Origin: Takakia lepidozioides
Taxonomy: Eukaryota > Plantae > Bryophyta
Direction of reading: 5' to 3'
Assembly (NCBI GenBank): GCA_030704615.1
Contig: CM060731.1
Coordinates: forward strand, 31,248,001 to 31,312,000
DNA length: 64,000 bases
Below the pieces are notes generated by a model. It saw only the letters and a program-made list of their open reading frames with translations. It was not told where the DNA came from and ran no database searches. Both the position numbers and the translations under genes were made by a program. Below, in pieces: positions 39,068 to 51,879 of the stretch; position 1 is the stretch's first letter, and each line of letters begins with the position of its first letter.

Positions 39068-42000
39068 GTGGAGCTCTCCGAAAGCTCGGATGAGGACATT
39101 TTCGAGATCCCTACACCGCCAAACACGAGTGCTTATGTCGACGCAAATGTTCTGGAGATTACAAGTGTCATTCCCAAGCTGCAGTCTCTGAAAGGTTTGC
39201 CTAATTGCAGGAGTGATGTGCGTGGGATTGCTTGGGGGACAATTCGAATTGAAAGAGCAAAATGTCTACCTGCTGAATTTGATGGTGATGTCCTCTTCGA
39301 GTTGCCGCCTCCAACCTCATGTGGAGGTTTGGCTGGTTTGATGCAAGGTATGGACAAAAAACATGATGGACACCCTTGGTGCCGGACAAAAACTTCCAAC
39401 ATACACAATCCTCACGGGTTGAAGTTTCGGAGATCAGTTTGCGTTGGGCACCTGCGATGTACAAATGCAAATTGCAGTGGCCTGGGGCTGACTGGTTCCG
39501 CAAACGAAACCGAGTGGGAGGGTTGTGCGGACAATCCATTTGTGCCACTCCAAGTCACACTACGTTCATCTGCAGGTTCTGCAAATTCGTCCCCACATGC
39601 ATTGCCACATGCAAGGCTCGCATGTACTACATTCTTCATCGTTGCCAGACCCTTACTTGGGCTTGTGTACATCTCGAAAATCATGATCACCCCATGTGCA
39701 AAGGAGATTGCAGGGAAAGTATAGATACGGCACTGGGACTCCTGCAGCAAGAAGTTCACAACGCTTCGAATGCTACGCTGTCAGCCATTGCATTTGCGGC
39801 AAACAAGACGTTCTTGCAAAAATACATTCTTGGAGAACCAGACGATATCTTAGCCAAGCTGGACTCCTCAAAGCTAGATGTTGTTATGGACCATTTTTCC
39901 ACTTTAAGCTCGCCCGATGTCCGGAATCACATCAACGCACTGCGAATAGGCCCAGGGAACAGAGGTCCTCTTGATAGCATTCTGGACTTGAAGCGTAGAA
40001 GTAAATATGACTTTATTCAAGATAGTGTCTTTCCAGGCCAGGGATCCTTGAAAGTGTACTTATTCAAAATGTCCACGGTGGGGGAGGGTAGTGGAGTTAG
40101 CCTGGTCCGAAGAATGCAACCTAGAGGCGATCTGCAGAAATCATGGCTCATGTTCGACCATGTCAAATGTGTTAAAGAGTGGACAACCATGGCTTGTCAT
40201 GTGTATGATCCCACTTACCAAAGAGTAATGACTATAGCCATTTGCGACATGCAATCCGAGGACACACAATCTCAAATTCTGATGTGGAGGTCTCTTGTGA
40301 ACGTCATGAATTTGAATGGTGTGCTTGATCCAAACTTCAATGGATTCATGGCTGACAGCGCCCAGGCAAACTGGAATGCAGTACGGTGTGTGTTTGGATC
40401 TGGAGACCCCAAAACACCTATGGAAGGTAGGGAGCGCACTTGTCTCTTTCATTGGACGCAGTCCCTTCGAAGGCATACAAAGAGTTGCATAAAAGTGGAA
40501 TTGCAGGACGAGCACATGAGACTATGCTGCTTGTACAAAGATGCAAGGACGGACCATGAGGCAAACTCCCTGTATCAAACTATCCGAGCATGGTGGTACT
40601 CCTCGGATGCATCAAGCCAGGAAGGCCTCAAAGAGCTGGACGACTGGTTTGGGTTTTGGCATTTCCGATACAGACGGTGGGGGGGTTTCATGACAACAGT
40701 AAGTTCCAGGAGTTAGAGGGTTTTGTTTCTTCACTTTGATGCCTGCTCTTGTCCAATAAAACTGCACTCAAAACATGAAAACTCATTGCATAATCTGGTG
40801 GCTAGCAGGATATGTCGCTTGAGGATATTGCGGACATGCCCTCCTGCAATCTTTCGGAGACAGTGCATAGTGTTTGGATGAAGCAATCCGGGAAGAATGG
40901 GCGGGATCTGTACGTTGCCACAGCTGATGACATGATCCGCGCGCTCTTGCAACAAACACGGTACTGGGATTTCCTTCGGGGACAGGGTACAGGCAAGGGG
41001 CCAGATAGGGCAGAGTTGCTGCTCAGGGCTGCAAACAGATTGAAAGACCCTACTAAGATGGCACGGGCTGTGAACGAGTGCACAATGGGAACACCATTGC
41101 AGTCACGGCTTGCACATCTGGAAGGAGAGGAGAGGTTTGGTTCGTGCAAAAGAAAACTTGACACCCCACCAGGCTCGGATGCAGATTCACACCACAACGA
41201 TCGGGGAACTTTTCAGTACCACGTGTGCCTGTGCCCCCCACTTTCGTGGGTGCCACCCCTTTTGTGGGGGAGTCTTCTTTGCCTTCGTTCCCTCAGGAGT
41301 CTCCAACCACCACAGTCCCCGGTGAAGGGGAGAACACACTGCCGGTAGAGGAGTCAGACTGTACAGACGCAATGTGGCATATCGAACGGACTCCCCATGG
41401 ATCAAAAGTCAAATGTGCCGCTATTAGGGCCCCCTCGTTCTAAAAGTGCAAGTCCCAAATTTCCAAAGTGACTTGCGAAATTCCTGCCCCGACGTTCACC
41501 GGGTTGTTCAAGCATTACCAATCGCAGGAGTCTAGGCCTCACAAGTTTTGGTTCTGCCCGGATGACATTGTGCGCTGTGTCATGGGGACTGTTCGGGAAT
41601 CTGTGATAATGAAGCCTCAAATTCCAGCCGTGTGGCCAGTGAAGTTTGGAACGGCACTCTCCAAACTGGAGATTGACATGCTAGAGGAGGGCGGGTTTCG
41701 CCTTCCGAGAGCCCCTCCTGTTGTAACACCAGTTGACCCAATGGCTTTCCCTTCCAACTTTACGGCACGTCCTCGACATGGCAATGATAGGCCCACAAAA
41801 AGGGATGGAAAAGCAGTACGTTTGGTTGAGGCTAGTGCAGACAATGAGTGCAAGATGGAGTCTGCTAGAACCCTGCAGTGTTGCGTCACCCAAATTGTGA
41901 ATGTTCCTTTGCCAGGGTATGGGCGGGTGTACACCATGGCGGACCTCTGGATCAATTGTTCATGACCGGACCTATGAGATTACTATTGGCGATTTCAATT

Positions 42001-42210
42001 CCCTAATTGCACTTGTCCGGACTTTCAGAACACGCTTTCAAGTTCTCTTGGCAAGAGAGTGAAATTTGTCCCATGCAAGCATTTGTACTACATCTATATT
42101 CGGAGAATGTTTTGCGATCCAAAACGAGATACGTACATTCACCAATGTACGATTGGACCCAGCGACGTTCACACACTGCTACAGCGAGATACTTCGGGTA
42201 CAAATTGAGA
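39068..42210 (+). pseudogene. Mutator-like (MULE) DDE transposase with N-terminal GCM-like Zn domain and C-terminal SWIM finger
   Basis: DGHPW...CVGHLRCTNANC (GCM-like); WLMFDHVK...GFMADSAQANWNAV...CLFHW (MULE core); NLSETVH; CTCPDF...CKHLYYI at ~42007-42100. Confidence 0.75.
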
Positions 42211-43813
42211 TGTAGTCTGGATTTGCATTACAACTCTACCCGTTTGCCCTCCTTGTCATTGTTACTCAAATCTGGGTGTATCGGACTTTGGAGATGGGTA
42301 CGTTTGCTTCAAGGATGCATTTTTGAATGAGATCAATGTTGTTTTGCAATGAGGATTTCTTCTCAATGTTGATTTTCAATGCATGTTTGTGTTCCAACCA
42401 GGTCGACTTGTATCTAGCTTAGTGTTGGATAACGGGAACACTTTCTTGAATGAGATCAGTGATTGTTTTGCAGAATTGGCTTATGTATTCATTTTCTATG
42501 AGATGAATGAATGAGATGATACTCCATGACTGTTATGAAAATGATGAATGTCATGAATGTTTTTTTACAGACTACTATATTAAACTCATTCGTGCTACAT
42601 TCATCCACCCTTTGTCATCCAACATCCATCCTTCATTCATCCATTTCCCTGAACCCATTCATACTTGCTTACTTCATCGAGAAGTTCTTCGTACACATTC
42701 ATCCCACATTTTCTGGCATGGAGGTCGGCGCCTTCGGTCCCATCATGGCATGTAAACCTCCAATAGACATAAATTTGCGTCAACGACAATAGGCCCTGCT
42801 TCTTCCACGGTTATACGCTCCACTTCCACTTTCTGCTCACGCTTAACTTCTGCTCACATTTAAGGGAATCTGCTCACACTTAGTGCGCTAACCGTGAGCG
42901 CGCTCACGCTGCAGCTGCTCTCCACTGGAGGGAAGCGGAGCAGATAGCGGATTCAAGCGCAAACAGGAGACGGGAGGGAAGCAGAGCGGAGGGGAGAGCA
43001 AAGCGGTGAAAGCTTAAGGGTCAGGCGTTTTAGATCATCAACAGGGGCACCGATATGGCTCAGACATCCAGCAGGTAATCTTTTTGTTTATCGTTTATCT
43101 CATGTTCGATGTGATTCTCTCTGGCTTGCTCTGGCTTGTTTTGTTTTGCAGATTTGTTGTTGTTATGTTGTTTCAGTTTGTTCCTGTGCTTGTTGATTTG
43201 TTTGTTGATTTGTTTTTGTTTTGCTGCTGCTTTTGTTTTACTGCTTGTTGGTCGGCATCGCCCATGTCGCTGTAGGTTTGCTTCTGTTTTCTCACTCGCT
43301 TTCATTCCAGAGGTTATAGAACACCATTTGTTTCTAGCATGTCACGTTTCGTGAGTGTGTTGTCTTGTCTGATGCAGAGCATCTCATTTATATTCATTCA
43401 TTCCAAAGCTGTTTGAATTCATTGGTTCCAAAGCTGTTTCAATTAGTTTGAATTGATTAAAGTTGTTTAGGTGTTTCAATTCATTGTTGCTTCTCTTCTG
43501 GTGGTTTGTATGGTGGTATGTAAGGGTGGTTGGTATGGGTGGTTTGTGGTCTTGGTTTAATGGTGGTGCTGGATTATTAGGGTTATGGATAGGGTTATGG
43601 CGGGTTAGGATCATGGTTTGTGCGATTGGTTTTTCGAATTTCTGATATTCGGGCCTAGTAGACGCTACTCTAGTAGACTAGTCTCCGTAGACCTCTAGAC
43701 CTCTAGTAGACCTCCATAAACTCTGGCAGGACAAACCACACAAACCAAGGAAGAGAAAGATGAAAGTGCTTTCTGCAATCTTTAGTCTGATTCAAATGAT
43801 CACATTTCTGTAG

Positions 43814-44055
43814 GAGATATTGAACAGTCCCCTAGATCCGTCCTTCCGTCCTCTCCCGGATACAGTCCTGACTCTCCGCAGTATCCAGTATCTGTACTTG
43901 TAATTTCTCCAGAATATGTCGCCGCAGATTCTCCAGAATACGTCCCTACATATTCTCCTCAGTACGTCCCTAAAGATTCTCCAGAATACATCTCTGGAGA
44001 TTCTCCAACATATACCCCTAGAGAGTACTCCCCTGAAACCCTCAGGATGATTTGA
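43814..44055 (+). other. Putative exon encoding Pol II CTD-like Ser-Pro-Tyr repeats
   Basis: After ttctgtAG: SSPGYSPDSPQY...SPEYV..DSPEYVPTYSPQYVPKDSPEYISGDSPTYTPREYSPE. Confidence 0.5.
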
Positions 44056-44299
44056 GAGAGCCTTCTGTAGTTATTGTACATATAAGAAAATGAAGGGATG
44101 AACCTCAACTTACAAGAATATATCGAGTTTTTGTAGGTATTAGGTATTCGGTATTCGAACAATTTTGAGACCGGATGATGTATGGAATGGCGAGATGAGC
44201 CTTCTCTGAATAAATGTTTTTTTCTTCTAATGAGTGAAATCTTTTTTTCCTCCTGAATTGAATTGTTTTATCTGTCAGCTATGAGAGTGTGCAGTGGTG

Positions 44300-45042
44300 A
44301 ACCTCCACTGGACAGTGGAGGTTAATGTCCCAAGAGTTTTGTATGGTTGTTATGATATGTGTCTGACGACTGAGGTGGTTTGTTATGTCGACAGCAACAT
44401 CACCCCCAGGGATTGTATTGTTGGAATGTGCAAACCTATCTGTGGTTCATTTGTTTCTCGAAAATCTCCGAATTTCAAGAATGATCACCTGACAATTTTT
44501 GAGCTCAACCCGGAAATCACAGAATGGGACATTGTCCCCGTTGGAACACCTCCTAACCATAAGTTCCGGTTCCACTACAAGATTGGTGCAGAGGTCGCCG
44601 AGCTCAAATATGCAGATGTGGTCAACGTAGAGCTGGAGATGGAGGTGGAATTTCCGATGCTGGTCATTTTCATGATGGAAGATGGTAGATTTCCCAGAAC
44701 GTTTGGCTTCAAACTGGAGGTACGACTTCTAAGGAAGGCCATGATGAGAGAGTCCATTTGGGCGGGGTTCACATATTGCGACGAGGGTACTCAATTTACA
44801 GATGCAGGTTTTTGCGCGTCTTTACCAGCTCCGGGTGTTCGACTCCAAACATCCAGTTTATCTGATTCCCGCAAACCCCGAGAAGCCTATGGAGGTTTCT
44901 AGTTCGAAACCGCGAAACTGGAAGGAGGTGGAAAAGTCCAAATTCTTCGTTATCGGTGGACAACACACGATCAGTGCAGGTAAATTTCTCTACAAAATCC
45001 AATTTTTGTAACAACATAAACCTCCACTGGACAGTGGAGGTT
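44300..45042. repeat. Palindrome ACCTCCACTG-NN-CAGTGGAGGT (also at 3776, 33860 and a half copy at 33987)
   Basis: Direct. Confidence 0.85.
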
Positions 45043-47000
45043 CATGAACTTTAAACAACATGCTTGTTAGGTCGCTATCATTTCTGACCTTATTCAATTC
45101 TATCGCAGGAACTTGTGCAAGACATGGACGACGACAATCTTAAGAAGTACTACTCTGACTAGCCCTCAAAGATTATATGGTCAAAGGATCTGATGAGGCT
45201 CGTGAAGCTATCTAAGCTCCTAAACGACCCGAATAATGCGCAGAAATTTGACACAACATTCCCCGAAAAAGTTGCACATGCACGGAATTTCTTCAAGCTG
45301 AGGGGGAGGCCGAAAAAGTACAACGATCACACAACGAAGTCGGAGACTAGACAATGGAAGGTAAATGATTCATTGTGTTTTTTGTTCCTTTTGCTAGAAA
45401 ACCAAAATATTTTCAAGCTCGGATTTAATGTGACGAACGGAAAGTTCCATCATTCAAATATTCGACTTGCTGAAGTCTTATGTAATGTCTGTTGTTTCGT
45501 AATGAGGTGCTTCTCCACTTGGAACAATTTCGTAAATGTGCCGATAAAATACTTGAAAAACCATATGACCATGAAAACTTGATGCTTCGGATGACGCTTG
45601 CAAAAGATTTCATGGTCTTCTGGTATTTCACGGATCTTGTAGGCACATTTGTGGAACTGTTCTCAGTGGAGAACATGAACAGATTGGATAAATTTGACTT
45701 GGAGGAGCACCGCATTACGAAGCAGGAGACACTACAGAAAGATCTTCAAATTACAAGGCACGACAGGATGGACGGAAATGAATTGGCAATCGAATCATCC
45801 TTTGGAGTACAGTATAATTGACATGATAGTTGTAACTTTTGTTTCATCTCAAAAATCAAATATCAAATATCGAATGAAATGTCTAATTTTGGCCCTGATC
45901 ATTTTCGCAGGAATTTATGCAAGTATGTCAACTCATACTGGAGATGAGTAGTGTGAAGGAGGCCATGGTTCTAGTTCTCTGTGACGAAGACGTATGGAAC
46001 CTCTGGGAGGAAGTGTTTAAACAATGGGAACAAGGAAAGCTTATTGATATTTTCGGGATTCAGTGCAAGGGTGAATAGTTACCGCTGCATAAAACCACTA
46101 TCGCGAAACTGCAAGGACTTAATGGCAGGCAGTTGAAAAGAGTGGCGGAGAAAATCCTCAACAGGAACATTTGCATTCGGAGAATAAAATTCAAGGGCGC
46201 GGACAAATCCAAATGTAATGGAAGTCTTAGGGTGGCCTCGGAGGAGCAAACAAAACCCGGAACCGTACACCAAACTGGAGTGGCGTGATGTGAAAAAAAA
46301 AATACAACTTCAACAAAGCTGAACTCGTTTGGAACTTTTCGAGATCGGCTCGGGAACGACTACATTGTAAGCAAACAAAGATGAATATGGAGACGCAGCC
46401 AATGACTGATGTGTTCAAAAAGTATGTCTTGTCGTGCAAGCAGACATTTGAGGATAACCAGAATGCCTTGGCGATTCTACGTACGAGCTTCAGGTCCCAT
46501 TACACACAGCTGGGGGGAAACCAAAAATTTGTTGATGCCAGATCACGGTTGGGACTTGCACCGAAGAAACGGTTTGACGACACATCGATGGTGTTCGTCA
46601 ATACAGTTTGTGATGACGATTCGAGGCAAATGATTACTCCAATATCCTGGATGCTTTTGTGGCTAGGAAACTCATGTCCAGTGCTTTTGTGTTTTTCTCG
46701 ACACAATAATCATCATGAAATCTTGTGTCATACATCCGGAATGGTCCTGGATCAAAGTCATTTATTATCCGACAGGATTAATACATTTCCGGCGAGTTTG
46801 AATCACCTTACAAGAGCTGCACGAATATATTCTCCCAGACGATCCTTTGCCTCGACTACGTATTTCCGGCAACAGCTGAGGAGATGGTGAATCCGGACGA
46901 TCACATTCAAATTGTTTTGTTAACGCCAGACCCAATTAATCCCGTTATCCAAGGACCTGATGTAGACCCGACCTCGTAGGAGAATGAGTGCAGGAACTAC
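44390..47000 (+). pseudogene. Multi-exon gene with second ParB/Srx-like domain (ParB-like gene 2)
   Basis: PVYLIP...KFFVIGGQHTISA (44800-44978) followed by GT donor; further decayed exons. Confidence 0.55.
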
Positions 47001-50000
47001 ATTCATGAGCTGAGGGCAGACAGAACACAATTTTAAGTAAATCTGGAGTAAAGTTTGGTCCAGAAATAAGGGAAAATATCTGAATATGTATTTTTTTAAA
47101 TCATTTAAATGAATTTAAATGGATGATTTTAAATATAAATATAAAGATATAAATAATTGTTTGTCTATTAATATATAATATGAGCAATAAAGAAACATTA
47201 TGTATAAACTTCAAGAGAAAAAACAGTTTCTATTTGGCTCATAAGGCAAGTTCCACTGTTCACTTGACGTTTAGTAAGAGTGGAATGAGATACCAACAGT
47301 CAGTAGCTCAGTTGGTGAAGTGCACTGAGTGCCACTTAGATGATTATGGGGTCAAATCTTGCTACTGACAGGTGTGGTATGTTCCTGGGTGGTGTCCCAT
47401 TCCAATGCCACATGGCGGGGTTACTGTGAAAGAGGTTATACTATTAAGGGGGCCTGATTTGTGGGCTGTCGCTCCCAGGTGTTTCCATTACATTAAAAAT
47501 AAATTAAAAAAATGGGTGTCGGGTGATAACTCGCTTCATGATCCGCGGCTTGATGGATGATTGGAGCACCAATCATATTCGTAACCGCGACTGAGCTTGT
47601 GAAGGCCGTTACTATGTAACATACAAGACAAATCAATCAAATATGTGAGCAAAACATGGCACAATGGCACAATACCATGACATGAAATGAAAGACAATGG
47701 GGAAACATTGATGATAAACAAGGCTTTATTTCAGAACCATGTCAATTTGAGTAAATCCTTCTAGAAGGAGGGCTAAACTCCGGTAACACAAGACGATGTC
47801 GGCCGACGTACTTATGATGAAAATATTTTGAGGAAAGCCATTTCCCAAAATCACGATATTTTGACAAGGTTAGAGGGACCATTTTCAAATCTGTATTCTT
47901 CCATTGTTCCAAAGGTTTTTGTCAGCAGAAGATGGAAGAAGTCCCTGAAATGTTGTCTCAAGTATCGTGGATATGGTGATGACCTCACAAAAAATATCCT
48001 CCAATATTACGCCAACCAACAATGTCTTGTACAACCGAAGTTCAGCTGTACTTCTCGAAGAATTGGTGGCCTTGTAGACTTTCAGTGAATCGCGAAGATG
48101 ATGAATTACTCGTATGCTCTTCAAAACATAATGTCCAAGTAACTGACCCTGGAGTAATATGTTGAAAGTATCTAATTGGGGAGTAAGTATGTTGCTCGTA
48201 TGCTTCTAGAGAGTGGCTCGGTGGTGAGTACGTTGATGGAGAGAGTGACGTTTTCTGTGAAATCTTCAAGGAAATAGTGTCGGGTGACCAGTCGAGGTTC
48301 TATGACGGGCTGTGGTACTTCTGACGATTTACTGTAAAGCAATCGTAAAGTGTCCCCCAACTAAATAATCTCCAACTGAATAACCACCAACTAACTGATT
48401 AGAGCTGTCACAAGCAATGTAAAAAATCCTATTTACTGCTAGGTATTTGATGCTATTGTTGTTCCTGTAGCTGAATTGTATAGTAGTCATTTTGCTATTC
48501 CCATGTGAATAGTATCAGGTCCCCAGAGACTGTCATATTCAGACTCTCGTATCTGCCATAGCCCACCATTATTGACCAATATAAAACCATCAGCTGCATG
48601 TTAGCTGAGAATTAGATCTTTGATTCATTGTATGCGATTCCAGAAAAACACCATAGCCCACAAGTAGTTGGCTAGCAGCTTGAGATATTTCTTTGGGCTG
48701 TGATTGAATGAACTAGAGATTTCATTCTTAGCTGATGGTTTCATGTAGGTGGTGCCTGATTCCGATTTCGGAATATGGCAGTCTCAGTGGACCTGATGTT
48801 GTTGGAATGGGAATAGCAAAAAGACTCCTATAGAAATCAGCTACATAAACATACACAGTATCAAACACCTTGAAGTACATATGATTGTTGAGATTGTTTG
48901 CACAGATTGTTAGCGACTGTGTTCCTCCTTTGGCGTCCAGTCCACATGAAAACGACGAGAATGACGCTGGGGATTGATGTTCAATTGCTGACATTTTGCC
49001 TCCTCATAACACCATTTTGGGTGCAATGATGGACATCAGAACATGTCAGCTCTTAGAAAAACACGCGTGATCGCGCGATATTAATCGTTGGTGTTCCTCA
49101 GAAGAATAATGGATCTCCAAACGAAGGATATAGGAACCAAAAAATACACCACGAGGATGCTGTCAATTGTTGGAGATCGGATTATGCAAGCAGGGAAAAT
49201 GACTTCAAGTAACTTAAAGACTAGGATTGTAAGATACTTGAATAATCCGCCAAGGAACAAGTGACACCATCAGCTCGGATGATTTGAGTTTCCTCGTTGT
49301 AACTGACGTGAAGTAACTCACTATGCCTACAGAATCATCACAGTTTCAAATGACAGCTTTTTTGTTGTTGATTGCGTGAGCATATAAAAAACATCACTCT
49401 GACCAATCACATGTGGCACTGTTGAGGTAATATAACACTTTGGCAATCGGCTGGAGAACCAGGACGATGCTGAAGTCCGCTTTTCGAACCACGAGTGATC
49501 GCGCAACAGATCTCTGCCTTTACCATCATTGAGAACCACAACAAGCCGAGTGCATCCAAATTTCAATCAACCACAATAGTGCCATCAGTTCGTCAGGGAA
49601 GGAATTTCGAAGCCGCCAAAATTACTTCAATCCATTTGAAGAGAGATTTTAACAGAGCTTCACAATCCGCTCAGGAACAAATGGGATGACCGTCGTGGGA
49701 GCTTGAATTACGAGTTAGGAACCCGAATTCAGTCATAGACGATGATCGTGTCACTTGTTTCCCATCGTAATATGAAAACATCGGAAAAATTCTTCTCCTC
49801 TAACCTCCTCCAGCCTCCAGCCTGATCTGTTATTGCCTAAATTGACAATGAAGTCAACTTGTTTTGATAACATCTGATGGCACTACTGATCCATGCTAGC
49901 TCCACAAGATGATATATGAAGGAACCACGCGCGATCGCGCGCGACTTATCTCAAACTTCGATGACTAACATTACAGCCGAAAGGATCTGGCATAACATTG

Positions 50001-50989
50001 ACAGTATTAAATAGCATATGTATATAATGAACAGGCTGGCCATAGTTTAATTCATCAATAACACAGAGTTGCTTCCCAAATGGCTCACACTCAACGCATA
50101 TGTTCAAGATCGCCGTCGGTTACCACTGATGGCGGAATTCTGTGCACCCGAGGAGATGGATACAGTTGGAGATTGATGTAAGATATGACCAAACACCTCA
50201 CTGGTAGCTATCTCTTTTCCTGCTAGACTCTTTAGTTCTATGCAGACCCCCTTCTTTGCTTGCCTTCCTTCTTACTACTCTTTCTTGTCTTGGTACGCGA
50301 AGCTGTGTCTTCCTCTTTCAGCCTCTATGGCACTCTATCCAGAGGTTATTTTTCCTCTTTGTATCCAAGGACATTTTATGTCCATTACCTATAAAGTTCT
50401 AGAGGCCACTGTCCCCCACTGTCCCTCTTTGTTAACAAAAATAAAAATAATAATAAAAAGACAACAATGGCTTCCATTCTATTTTCCTAGAAACCTAATG
50501 AGAATTTAAATCAATTAATAATCTAAATATTATAATTGTATGATTTAATTTATTAAATTAAAAATATTATTAAAAAACCTCTTTAGTCATGAAGTTATAT
50601 ACTCATGACTATATCATGGCAACGTGGCATTATATGATACGATATTCTTTCCCACGTGTGGGTCATATATGTTGTCCATGTAGACACGTGTCACATCCGG
50701 AGTGCTACATATGTCTCTCTGACGCCTCTCCAATGGAGTTATACTTTGTAGACATGTAGTCATATAGTTAGTCATATATAAATCATATAGTTGTGACTAC
50801 ATCCTCTCTACAGCATGACTCCAGGTGCCACGCACGCAGTCACGGCTATGACTTGCAAAACGCAGTCCTAAAGACTAGTCGCTATGACATGGCTTTTTTC
50901 ACTGCAGAGTGATATAGTCATGAACGCATATAGGACTGAAAAAATAGTCATATGTGCAGTCATAAAAACGCTCATCTGTTGTAGTGTTC

Positions 50990-51640
50990 CCAGGCCAGAA
51001 GGTATGTCGTATCCTCCATTTCATTAAATCTTGTAGAAATGTTCCCCGTGTTTGGATAGCTTTGTTTTCCTTCTGCGCTGTCAATCTTCTCCTGCATCCT
51101 TGCGTTGACGAAATCGTAGTGCAACGTTGTCATCTGCTACCTACCTTGATGTTGCCTTGGCGCTCACCTGACTGAGTCCGGTGTTTTCATTTTGTAGACA
51201 CGAGCTTTTGATGCACACTGTCTCGTAAGAGAACGCCACCCAACCACACCGTCATCCGTTAAGGAGTTCCAGGTCTTGAAAGGGGGAACACATGTTGACT
51301 TGTCCTACGATCCCGTGGATGATGATTTTATCTACAACTACGTGGACGCCTCACTTACTGTGCTGCGGAATTCCGGAGAGCCATGGAGAGGTGCACGGGA
51401 AAAGAGTCCTGCATTCATGCAGACAGTCATCGAGTCTTGCAGTGTTGAAGGGTCCCGTGTTGTTGACCTCACTCTTGGAACAGGTTCGGGCCTTCACACT
51501 CTAGCAATAATCTGCCTTCATTGTTGTAGTTTGGAAGTGCAGGTTCGTGCGCATATCTTGGCTCATTTGGTTTATTCGTCTGGCAGGGGCATCGTTCCAT
51601 GCATGCCTGCAAGGCTGCTGGAAAACTGTGTGGAGGCAGC
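50990..51640 (+). pseudogene. Beta-class N4C/N6A DNA methyltransferase-like gene, 3' part (SAM-binding motif I)
   Basis: PGQK|TRAF...PWRGAREKSPAFMQTVIESCSVEGSRVVDLTLGTG|ASFHAC parallels the N6_N4_Mtase KP..L...LI...S..G..VLDPF.GSG signature. Confidence 0.75.
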
Positions 51641-51879
51641 ACAAAGGGGAATTGTTAAAGAAAATACAAAGATCATTGAAATATCATTGATCTCACAAAA
51701 GTCATGTGAAGTCAACATACGTATAAGTATAAATGGAGGTTGAAGTAAAACTGATGGACTACACACAAAATAGGGCAACGTTAAACTCCATATCCAGATA
51801 ATCGGGATCTTTTTGAGGGGGGTGGGATAATCAAGCACCACACCCACGAATCTTGAAGAGTGACAATGTACACCGGGTC

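Larger units (their letters stand above)
28565..50986. mobile_element. 22.4-kb CACTA-bounded element with cargo or nested elements
   Basis: TIRs CACTACAAAAGATGAGCGTTTT / CACTACAACAGATGAGCGTTTT (21/22), 3-bp TSD TTC on both sides, CATGACT-type subterminal repeats at both ends. Confidence 0.9.

Noticed and set aside
47295-47370. tRNA gene (GTAGCTCAGTTGGT...)
   Set aside because: A-box-like start only; no convincing cloverleaf or GTTCRA B-box, at most a SINE-like remnant
47760-48360. Additional FCP1-like gene
   Set aside because: Looks like decayed coding sequence but has no recognisable motifs
34200-51640. Bacterial or plasmid contamination explaining ParB and amino-MTase
   Set aside because: Genes show GT-AG introns and are interleaved with plant TEs and PPR fragments
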